Of a stretch of DNA of 63,762 bases, positions 1 to 12,200 are shown piece by piece. Position numbers and translations under genes: made by a program. The first letter of the stretch is position 1, and each line of letters opens with the position of its first letter. Location: positions 20,336,001-20,399,762 of the forward strand of contig OZ286476.1 in assembly GCA_965644265.1 (NCBI GenBank), given 5' to 3'. A model generated the notes under the pieces. That model did no database searches and had not been told where the DNA came from. It saw only the letters and a list, made by a program, of their open reading frames with translations. This stretch comes from Glycera tridactyla (lineage: Eukaryota).

Positions 1-244
1 TCTTATCGAACTTAACGAGTATGAATTCCGTGTGTGCGCCGTCAACCTCGCCGGAGTCGGACCGCCATCTGCTGGAACTGGTGTCATCAAGGCCAAGGAT
101 CCCTTCGATCCTCCGGGTAAACCCGAAACACCCGAGATCAAGTCAATCACCCCAACGGAAGCCACCATCACCTGGAAGCCACCTGCAGACGATGGAGGAT
201 CGCCGATCTTCAACTATGTTGTCGAGATGCGTCCTCTTGGAGAC
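1..244 (+). CDS. Exon, unit 0: end of FN3 I and first half of FN3 J (5'-truncated by the window)
   Basis: Frame 2 reads [15 protein letters not shown]...[12 protein letters not shown]...EMRPLGD; donor GTAAGT at 245, phase 0. Confidence 0.93.
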
Positions 245-3200
245 GTAAGTTTACAAATTATAGAATAAATCACGCTGATTGTATGTGCCTAGTGGCAATG
301 AACTGGTAGTATACGACCCTAGAATTTTTCTGCCTTCAGTCCTAACATCTTTCAGTTATTTCTACCCTGATGGAAATCTCATGGATTTAGTAGTATATGA
401 CCCTAGAATATTTCTGCCTTCAGTCCTGACATCTTTCAATTGATTCTTCCTCTGATGGAAATCTCATGGATTTGATGAACTGAAGTCAGAATTGCTCATC
501 GGAGGTGAAAAAATCCCGATTTTCATTTCGTGGTGCCCCATGCATTTGACCTCATACAATAAAGTGGCAGTCCTGATCAATGCAATGGCAGATTGCATTC
601 AATGACTGATGGTTTTCACTTTATTGAGAAATCCATGGCATGAATTATATTTGAGTAAATATGAGATAATGCTTATTGGATATCAGGTAATAAACTTCTC
701 AGTACTCACAGTAAGCTATGACAGCAAGGAGCTTTCAGGATCCATCTGCACCATTCTATCAGTTCAGTAACAATTCTATAAACATCTTAGTGTTTCCTAG
801 ACTTTGGAATTATGAGTTAGTCAAAGTTAAATGTTCAGTTTAACCTCTCTATAAAGATCGCCCCTATTGCATCAAAAAGTGTCCTTTATAGGGAGGTGGT
901 CTTTATAGAGAGGTCATTTACTGTTGAGAATACTACCATGGTCACATCTCAGGGTGGCCTTTATAGATAAGTGGTCTCTTTAGAGAGGTGGTCTTTAGAG
1001 GAGGTTCAACTGTATCTAATAATGGCATAGGTGTGTTTAAAATCCATCAATAATCTTCATTCACATCCAATGGCTTTTGGTGTGTTTTCACATCATTTCA
1101 GAACTCACTTTTTGATTTTTTTTTTTTTTTTTGGCAGGTGAAGTGGAAGGTGGTGAATGTGGATGTGAGGGTACCAGACTTGATCTACACCATCCCAGGT
1201 CTCAAGGAGGGCACCGAGTATGAGTTCCGTGTCACCGCCGAGAACAAGGCTGGATGTGGACCTCCGTCGAACCCATGCAAACCTGTCAAATACAGTACGT
1301 ATCTCGATATGCGCTCACTATCGATCTTATCCAATCGATGTCTCCTCCCAAAATAGGCTTGAATCCATGTATAATATGATATGGTGCCAGTCTCAATCAC
1401 TGCATTATCATCTGTGAATAAAAGCAAGAACATATCTTTGTATCAGTGGAATCAAAGGATTGAGATGTCATCATCCAGACCGGTCTCCCTGGGCAATAAG
1501 GGCACGCTGGCCATGGTCTACCAAACATGAATAGATTTTGGGCTTTGGAACAGGTCATCAAATGTGAGTTTTGGGACTGCATCAGAATCTGCCTGCTTTG
1601 TAAGATTGCTTTCTAGGGTGGTCTCTCTATTGATTTAACTGTACTGAATGATACTGCCCTCTTCAAAAAGACCAGAGGATAAACATCTACAGGGATGCAT
1701 CCAGAGGGGGGCATGGGGGCATTTCACACATTTTATGACAGTTGACCCCTTTTCAAGGCAATCAGGGGGCCACAATACCCCCTAAATTCACCTGGAGGCT
1801 GCACTTCCTGAAATCAGGTGAACCCTTCTGGGAAATTTCTCTGAAGAAATTCCCCCTTTCCTTGAATTTAAGGGGGCAAATGTCCCCAATTTCTGAAATT
1901 CTGGATGCAACCCTTAACCATTTTCACTCGGATAATTCAATCTACAAAAATTGGAATTCTCATTTTGTTTCATGGACGCCCTGGTCTGAAATGTGACATT
2001 CTTGTGTTTCAGTTGAAGCCGTTAACTTCCTCCAGCCCCTTGAAGACGTGATCCTAAAGGAGGTAGGCATCAAAGGTGTCTTCTCCTGCACGATCTCGAA
2101 GGAGGGACTGAAGGCTGAATGGTTCAAGGGCGATACCAAGGTCAAACGTGGCAACAAGTATGACATCACCGTTGATGGCGGAACCCACTCGCTCGTCATT
2201 GAGGAAGCTGATGAGAACGACGAGGGACCGTACACAGTCAAGTTTGTTGACTATGCTGATCTGACATCAACAGCCAACCTTTACGTCAAAGGTAAGTCAC
2301 CACTAATTGCATTCCCTCTCATTTCTTATTTGCCTGGGACTCGACCCTTGTTCTTTCATAGTGAGTATCAATGCTGGATGGTTTGCAAAAATTAAGAGAG
2401 CGCGGACTGCGGCCCAGATTGTGATGTTGAGATCACCTAGTGATGCTTTGATGGTGCAAGATATGAGAATTTGAATTTATGGGTAAGTAAGATTGAACAA
2501 GGGTCAGCAGGCACATAAAATCACATCAATTTATATGGATGGATTTTGCCAAAATGCGAATCTTGAGCTTATTTTAAGCTTATCATCTCTCTGAATATGA
2601 ATACAGTGAATTCTGTGACAAAAGACCCTGTAAACGTCAGCAAACAGTGATCTATCTCAAAAGAGATGGTATATTTGACAATGCCAAATAATAAGGTGAC
2701 CCTAAAAAGTGCTCTCTAATCAGAGATGGTCTTTTGATGGGGGTCTGGTCGCAGGTTCCACTGTAATTATGGTTTTTAGCTGAACCATTTCACCACTATT
2801 GCATGCATGTGTGTTTGACAGATTTTTTGTACTTCACTGATCTTATGGAATATGAGCACTCATTTCCTTTGAGAAAAACAAGGTTTTAGACAGAAACAAT
2901 TGGATGAATGTGAATTTGATCATGATAGTCCTATTATAGACAGGAATCCAGAAAGCTTGCATTGCTATTTTTTCAAGCCAGACAAATGGACACTATTACA
3001 TGTGTCACCACGGTCGTATATGTGTATTTCAAAAGGACCTTGTCGTCAAATAACATTGGTACATGTAATCTATGTACAGTAGAGTATGTGGTTAGAAACC
3101 TTCTGGCAATGGATCACCTGTTTTGGGACAAGAGTGAATGGGACCTCCACCTAACCACTCCACTCATCTCAGGTGTGAAATTGTGATCAGCCTTTTGCTT

Positions 3201-6200
3201 TTTTGGGTCAGGTGGACTAATTCGAAAGACCACTATTTCTTTTTCTATTTCTATTTTTTCTATCTCATTCAAGCCTTATGTGTCGTATTCCATAGTCTGT
3301 GAAGTACATTATTACAGGAATTTCTTTCAGTTGAATAAGCAAACCTACATCTGAGCATGATATGTACCAGTAATGGTTGATAGACAGGTTTTACTGTTAT
3401 GTGGTCAATCTCCCAAGACTGAAAGAACTGCATGGAGGTCATCAATGTCGGTCATTTGTAGGTCAAAGATTCAAATGAAAGACTTGATTTTTTTTTCTCT
3501 ACCAGAGTAGCTTGAATCTGTGTTGAATTGAACAAAGTTCTCAGGAATTAGGAGTTTTCGCTTATCACATGATGTGCTTTGTTAATTGGAGCCTTGTACA
3601 ATGGGACCAGAGATGAATTAATGCCCTGTATGTCACCTTGAGCAGACATTTGTGTATTCCTTGCTGGGTTTTTTCACTATGAGTTACCTGCCCAAATCAG
3701 ACTGTCAAAGGGGTGACCTCTCATCTGAGGTATATTTGATGAATTCAAAGCAAGAAACTGCCTTAAGAGAGCAATACCCCATCAGAGGTCTCTCAGGGTC
3801 ACTTATCTCTAGTTCACCTCTAAAATGTGAGGTTTATGAGTGGGGACAGGGCTGCAATGAGGTCTTTTCTGGCAGCATATAACACGCCACAGAGCACAAA
3901 CAAAATGGAAGATAATTTGTTTCAAGAAATATGAAGTTCACGGATCTCACAGTTAGTTGGGTAAGTCGAAGCTTTCAGAATCCATCCAGACTCTTTCCTA
4001 AGCAAGGGGCTACTGCAATGAGTTGGTGGTTGATAATTTTTTGTAGATCTATGATAGCAGAAATTAGGAGAAATGCTTCACATTGCCTGATTTTCCTGGA
4101 TGAAAATTCAACATTGTCTATCTTTCACATACTTTGGAGGTTGAGATTGAGGAACATTTATTCCATTCCATGATACACGATCATGATAACTTAGTAACAG
4201 GATTTTCATGCTTTCATGGTGTAGCACCAACTTAAAAACCAATACTACATGATCTCTGATAGGAATGGTATTTGACCAATGAGCTCTTGAGTACTTTTTA
4301 CGTTACACTGCAGGGAAGATCTCCTTTCCAAGTGCAATATTTGAGACTATTTCTTGAGTGAAATGATCCCAAACCATTGTACTTTATTTGTTCCTCTCTT
4401 GTTGGGGAGTGGGTGTGGTATGATAAACAGCTGGATGCTCTGGTGCTTACATGTGAACTCCAGTGTCATCCATCAGTATCCATGGTAGCCAACACACATG
4501 CCAAGCTAAGCAATCCCGCTATGTTGATGAAAGATACGGCCTAAGTGTGAATTCTTGGACATTGTGAGTTTTCTTCTATCTAGTCTGATGACCTTCATCA
4601 ACATCAGTGCTTGTTGAAAGACACGATTGGCTATCCCATGTATCATACTGACAGGATCGGGTGAAAGATAGGGCCTAAGTGTGAATTCTGGGATATTGTA
4701 TGTTTCCTCCTATCTAGTCTGATGACCTTCATCATCATCGGAGCCTGTTGAAAGGCATGTATTGGCTATCCCATGTATCAAACTGAAAGGATCGGGAATG
4801 CCCACTATATTTTTGGCACGCATGCGGAGCAAAATGCGTGTCTATGTAATGGCGCAGATTCCGTCTGTCCGGCCGTCCGGCCGTCCGGCCGTGTGGCCGT
4901 CCGGCCGTTTGGCCGTGTGGCGTAAACTTCCTGGTTAAAGTTTTTGGTTAAAGTTTTTCTTTGAGCTACTACTCTGTAACTAATCAAGCAATATTTCTGA
5001 AATTTTGCAATCATAAAGATCATGAGCGGCAGAATACCGGGTATCAATATTGTTCCAATGACTTTCATGGAAGATGAGTTATTCAGGCTGGAATCCTGAA
5101 TTTTGAAGCAACTTTCTACCAGCAGAAAAGGAAAGAGTGGACTATATGATGTCTATTACCGAGGCTGTTATGTAATGACACTGCCGGTCCTCTGAATGGA
5201 GCCTTGTCACATTTTGTCCTCGGTTATATAACTGTCTTTGCACCAAGTGGAGTCTTTTCACATATCAGCAGAGCTGTCTGATCTCTTGATTAAACTGTGG
5301 TGGGCAGGGCAGGGGGTGGGGGCAGCAGCGAGTGGCCATGGGATGGGGTGGGGGGGGGGGGGCAGTGCCAGTTGTAGCAGGATTGATTGCACCTGGGTGG
5401 GGGGGGGGGGGGGCTAGGACAGTGAGAGGGGCAATGGCAGGGGCGGAAGGAGCCTATCAAATGCCTGTGACCTTGACCTTCATTTTCAAGGTCATGACCT
5501 TGACTTTGAAAACTTCAAGCTACATCCATCAAATTTTGCCAGATATGCACCAATGAATGGGGGACAGTCCCATCGAATGTGGTTGACCTCAACTTTAACC
5601 TTCAAGGTCATGACCTTGACATTCAAAATATTTTGTTACTCCAATAACATGAGAACGCTTGGAGCTACATTCACCAGATTTACACCATATATGCACCACT
5701 GAAAGCAAAAGAAGCCTATCAAATGTCAGTGACCTAGACCTTCATCTTTCAGGTCATGACCTTGACTTTCTGCCAGATATGTACCAATGAATGGGGATAA
5801 TCCCATCAAATGTGGTTGACCTCATCCTTCACCTTCAAGGTCATTACCTTGACATTAAAAATACTTTGTTACTCCAATGACATGAGAAAGCTTGGAGCTA
5901 CATTCACCAGATTTACACCATATATGCACAATTGAAAGCAAAAGAAGCCCATAAAATGGTGAGTAAGTAAGTAAGTAAGTAAGTAAGTATTCTTTTATTA
6001 GGGAATATATACATCACGGGAATGCAATCAATATACCCCAGCGTAGGTTCCGACTGACATTTCTATACATCCAACACATATATAACGACTATTATGAACA
6101 TGACCAGTAGTTTCAATTTATGTCATCCTCTCATACTTCTCCATTTATGTCCAGATTTTCACTACAATTTGATAATCAAGGGTACTACACCGACGATCAT

Positions 6201-9200
6201 ACTCTTCTACACCCCGACACTTTTGTAAGCCATTTATTCGCATTCATGCCATTCATACCTAGAAATTTATATTTACCCGTAGTTGTAATTATTTGATATA
6301 TAGGACAAAAGGGCTGATTTGAATGATATCAATGTGTTAGCGTCTCTCAAGTCTGTCGGTAGTGAGTTCCAGGCTCTCGGGGCTCTATAAGAGAAAGTCT
6401 GCTCTCCTGCTTTGGTTCTTCCAATAGGTACCTGTAGATTATTTTGGATTGCCGATCTAGTTACTCTTTCGTGCTGGTCTCGGATGAAATGAAGAGATTC
6501 TGATAAATAAGACGGGGCCATCGAATTTAGACATTTATAGGTTTGAACACATAGATTGTAGAAACGCCTGTCTGATAAATAGAAAATCTTTAGTTCATCA
6601 TGCATGTCTGCTATATGGGTTCTTTTGTCAGCCATGAGTACCATTCGGCAAGCAGAATTTTGTAGTTTCTGTATTTTTGTTAGATTTGCGGCCTTTGTTA
6701 TGGAGTAAACTAGGTCACCATATTCTATAACTGGCAGGAGCAGACTCTTGTATAAAAGCAGAGCTGTGTCTTTATCAATGAATTTCCTGATTCTACCAAG
6801 ACTAGCTAGCTTTTGTTTCGACTTCTTACATAGTACATCTATATGATGGTCGAAGGTCAATTTTTGGTCCAAGTATATCCCAAGATATTTGAAATTTCTA
6901 ACACATTCTAAATGGTCATTGTTTATGCTGAGGGTTATGTCCGTGAAAATGTTCCGTCCTCTACCGAATACCATGATTTTTGATTTTCGTGCATTTAGTG
7001 ACAATTTATTTACTTTCATCCAATTTTCAACAGCATTTAGATCTTGTTGCAAGCATGTTTCCATCTCTTCTCTATCTGCTGACTCATAGTAGATGGCTGT
7101 GTCGTCTGCATATAATGCTATTTTACTATTTAGGAGAATATTTGGCATGTCGTTCAAATAAAGAATAAAGAGTAGAGGGCCAAGAATGGAGCCTTGTGGC
7201 ACACCATAGCTAACTTTATTTGCCACGGATAGTGAACCATTGCATGATGTAACTTGGGTACGATTTGTCAAATAATTTCGGATCCAGCGTTCGACACTGT
7301 GGCCTACACCATATAACAACAGTTTTTGACATAATAGATCATGATCCACAGTGTCGAACGCCTTCTTTAAATCAAGAAACACAACCCCAACTTGTAGGCC
7401 TTTGTCAATCGAGCTTAACAGATCATCCATGACTGACAAGGTGCATGTATTGGTCGAATGCATTTTTCTAAAACCCGATTGTGCCCAGTGAAAAATATTT
7501 TCATTGGTCAGATAGGAGTAGAATTGGTCGTGAAATATTCTTTCAAGAATTTTACCGAGGATTGGTAAAACTGATATTGGTCGATAGTTTTCGGGGCTAT
7601 CGCGGTCGCCATCCTTAAAGAGGGGAGAGATGCGCGCTTTTTTCCAACAACTAGGAAAGATACCAGTTTGAAGTGATTGATTTACAATATGTTGTATGGG
7701 TAAAGATATGGCGGTATGAGCACTCTTAAGAAGCCTTGCATTTATACCATCTATTCCGGTTGATTTTGAGCAAGAAATTCCTTTTAATGAAGACTTGATT
7801 GTGTCTAGGTTGACAGGCGTTAGTTTTAGTTCGGTTGGGCATTTTTCAATTTCTGGAATAATTTCGATTTGACCTTGTGGTATCTTTTGGGCAAGTTTCT
7901 CTCCAACAGTCGAAAAATAATCATTTAGGGTGTTTGCCATGATGGTTGGGTCTGTGGCGCCATTGATAGATTTAATTTGATTTTTTGCACTTTTTGAGTC
8001 TGGTATAACCTCACGTAGGGTTTTCCAAAGTTTTCGACTGTCTCGCCTATTTTCATTTATTTTACTGCAAATATAATCTCTTTTTAGGTTCCGGTTTAGG
8101 GTATTCGCAAAGTTCTTTGCATGCTTAGCTCTATTTTTATCTTCTTCACTTCTCGTACGCTTATAGATACTATATAAATAGTCTCTCTCATCAGCAGCAG
8201 AGAAATAATCGTTTGTCAGCCAAGGGGGTAGTAGCCCTTTCACCTTTATATTTTTAAATGGGGCATATATATCACAGATGGGTTCAAATAGAGAGATAAA
8301 AAGCATCCAGGCAGAATTTGGGTCTGTTTCTTCCAATACAGGTTGCCAGTCAACTGAGGATAGTCTGTTGACAAAATCATTTTCAACAAATTTAGAGAAG
8401 GTACGAGCTCTTATGTAGGTGGTTTCACCAGTGATATTTGGTTTCTTTCTGCATGAATAAATAAGGTCATGATCACTGATCCCATGAGAGATAGTGCCTG
8501 ATATAGAATAATAGTCTGATCTATTTGTAAGGAAATGGTCAATTCAAGAGTTACCATGTAATCCTACTCTTGTTGCACTTGTTATCAGTTGGCTAAGCCC
8601 ATACGTTGCATATACTCTCTTCATACTTTTACATTCAACACTTCCAGGCTTTAACCAGTCAATGTTCATATCTCCGCACACATTGAGTTCACATCCTGCT
8701 GTCCCTATGGCAATGTCAAGAACTGAACTGAGATTATCCAAAAAAAATTCTATAGAACCAGAGGGTGGTCTATATACCCCGATCATAAATATTTTTCTGG
8801 TAGATGGTAGTTTCAGCTCGAGTGTTAATATTTCACAATCATGATTTGATACACACATCGTATCATTCACACAGGTAACATATTTTCCTTTTATGTGGGC
8901 AGAAAGCCCTCCACCTCGTGCTTGTAATCTATCCAATCTGACAGTATAGTACCCACTTATAGCAATATCAATATCAGGATTGTAAGGTTTCAACCAGGTT
9001 TCGCTGGTGACCTTGATCTCCATCTCCCAGGTCATGACCTTGTTACTGCAATTACTTAAGAATGCTTGGAGCAAAAGATTATGCTTGCTAGATTCAGCTG
9101 CTTTGATGAATTAGCGGCGCACATGCGTGCCATTTGTGCATTTATGCCTTGTTTGGTGAAAAATAAGGCCAAAGTGTAAATTCTGGAATAGAGTGCGTTT

Positions 9201-12200
9201 TCTTCTATCTAGTCTGATGACCTTCATCATCATCAGAGCTTGTTAAAAGACATGCAATGGCTATCCCATGTATCAAACTGACAGGATCGGGAATGTCCAC
9301 TAAGTTATTCTGGTGAAAGGTAGGGCCAAAGTGTGAATTCTGGGATATTGTCAGTTTTCTTCTATCTAGTCTGATGACCTTTATCATCATTGGAGCCTGT
9401 TGAAAGACATGCAATCGCTATCCTATGTATCATACTGACAGGGAATGCCAGCTAAGCAATTTTAGTGGTGGGGTTCTTGGACCCCTGAAGATTGCAAAAA
9501 TTGGGTATTTTATCTGAAATATGAGTTCACTCTCTTCAGTGAGTAGGTTCTGATATGGGTCCAGGGTTGAGACGTTAGGGCGGGTCAAGGTCCTCACTGA
9601 AATATTGGACTAAATAGGCGAGAAACTTGGATCAGCCCCTCCCCTCCCCTATCACTTCTTATGTGTGAATTTTTTCATCATGCAAGTTTCCTGAATATTG
9701 TCTGAAAGGTGTTGTTGGCGACTATTGGAAGCCTGTTGAGAGACTTGCAGTTATTCACCGTTATTATCTATATTATAGGATCTGGAGTGATGGATTGATT
9801 GATTGCATTGGACTTAATGTCTCTTCAACCCAGGCCGGATTATTTGAGATGGATCTTGGTGCCAGGTTGAGCAATCAAGTAATGCTGATAAAACATAGGA
9901 ACAATGTGTAGATCACTTAACTTAACACATATCAAGAGTCCTGCCTGGTTTTCATTGGATCCTCTAATCAGGCATGCAGTGGTTGGCAAAAGGAAAACAT
10001 ATTGAATCATGTTTAGATCGCAACTTTGCAGTGCAATACAGCAGATCTCGTAGCTCACAATGCACATCTGTACTCCTGCCTCAGCAAGTGGCTACTGCGC
10101 TGAGCTTGAGTCAAGCTCCTGTGACCTGGGTACCTGTAGTCCAGTTAGGTCACATGTTGGTAGGATCTCCCCATATATGGCAGGGAGAGTGTGGTGGCCC
10201 CGGTCCCTGTTCAAGTCATAATACAGTCAAACCTGTTCTAAGCAGCCACCCTTTGGGAAGGTGAAAAGTGGCTGCTCAGGGCAGGTGGCTGCTTAGAGCA
10301 GGTCAATTATAGTGGAAAAGTCTCCGGTGGGAAATTCAAAAGTGGCTGTTTAGAGCAGTTGAGTTGAGTGAAATGAGCCAATTATGAGAACATGAACAAA
10401 GGCCGAATATTTTGGAGGTATTCAAGCTGAGCAGGCAGAGGGTGACATACATACACTTGATGTGATCTTCCTAGGAACACTGATCTCATCATCTCTGTTG
10501 GGTAGAAAAACTAAAACCCTGTGCTTCTGTTGCCAAGGCAACCCAAGTTTTTTCAGTGTTGATTGTTTCCCTCAACCAGTGAAGTATCTTTGCCAAAAAC
10601 TTACCCTGCCTAGTGAAAAAACTGCCAGATTATCTTCAGAGGCTGAGGGAGCATACTGTACTGAATGGTTGGTTTGGATCAGTTGTGACCCCTTCCCCTG
10701 AATTCTTGATAGACTGAAGTTCGAGGAAATTGAGATACTTGATGTCAAAAGTGACATATCTGCCACCATCTCAAGGAATACAATTTGATGAGAGCTTTAT
10801 ATCCAATGGGATCTGATTCAATTTCATCAGGTAGTTGATATAATTCAATCAATCAATCATCCATTCATTTAAGCAGGTAGTCAATCATTCACAATCAGGT
10901 GGGCAGGCAGGCAATTCCATGCATCAGTCAGTCAGTCAATGGGCATCTTGTTCAGTGGTAGCAGGAGTATGAACAGACTGCGGTCTGATTTTTCACTATA
11001 CCTTTGTCATTTATATGTTGCATTTGCAGTCATCACCTAGCCAATAAATGATATTATATGTCTATCTTGTTCAGTGCAGAAATTTCAGTGTTGAAACAGC
11101 CATTGACAGAGCCCTTTCTGGCTGTAACATACATTATGCAATCTGTGCCAACAAAAGAAATCGGGTCTTATCTATACCACTTCTGAAGTTATTTTACATG
11201 TGTCTCTTGCTGATGGTGCTCTCCTATCATAATAAAGACGCATTTTCGAAAACAATGTAGATATGTTGTGAATAAACATTCCTTAGAACTAATCGTGCTG
11301 TTTAACATGTTTCCCTGTCCCATTTGACATATTCCTGCAGAAGTGAGCTTGACAGGGCTGACAAATAACATCTTGCTATGATACTTCAATGGTACTGAGT
11401 GGATAATGAGTGACTTTTAAAAGGGACGGATTTTTTTGAGCAAACGAAAATTTATCTTTGATCATTTTTTTCGATGTTTGGAGTTGTCTCCTTGAGGCCT
11501 CGAGTAAATTTCCGATGTTCCATTTCCTCATTTCATGTAATTAAGATGTATATGCATTATTGACAAAAACCTTTTTTTTTTTTGCTTTTTCCAATTTTGA
11601 TGTATCTCAATCAAACTAGAATACAATAAAAGTTGTTGTAAGAGAACTTCTGCAACAGGCTTTGTTTAATCACATACGAGTATGGCTCACGGCAATTCAC
11701 TAGGATGCATTATAATCGATCTAGCCATGAATTTGCTCTTAAAAGTACAATCTTGTGTATGTTATCTCTGTAAAATGCTGAAGTTCACTGCCTTCTGGCC
11801 CCATCACTAATGGTGTGCTTTTGATAAAGCTGATATGCTTTCACAAACCGGAGTCATAATTGAGATCAATTTATTTTGCCAGAACCATGCAGGTGTAAAA
11901 GTTGAATACCTATATTGCCTCCCTAGACAGTCTCTATCACTCATGGTGTGCTTTTTAATAAAGTTGATGTGCTTCCACAAACTGAGGTCAGAATTGAAAT
12001 TTCACTTTGTTCAGTTCAGCTCAGTTTTTTTTTGCCGGAACCATGTAGGTGTCAAAGTTGAATACCTACGGTGCCTCCCTAGACAGTCTCCCATCTTCAC
12101 TTACCTCCTTGCCATATGCTTCTAATAAAGCAATACATATTGGCAGGCTGGCTGTGCGTCTTTCTTGGCACACACCCACAAACACCGTCTCTTCATATCC

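Larger units (their letters stand above)
4500..9450. repeat. Tandem repeat of about 135-156 bp, four copies, split 2+2 by the HINE
   Basis: Unit ...GAAAGATAGGGCCTAAGTGTGAATTCT...CTATCTAGTCTGATGACCTT...GGCTATCCCATGTATC... recurs at about 4525, 4660, 9155 and 9311. Confidence 0.85.

Noticed and set aside
5300-5450. G-quadruplex regulatory element
   Set aside because: The G-runs lie within the HINE interior and homopolymer lengths may be unreliable.
8544-8546. Programmed readthrough or selenocysteine at the LINE TGA
   Set aside because: It occupies a position where homologues have an ordinary residue before IDH, in a 5'-truncated copy; a nonsense mutation or sequencing error is simpler.
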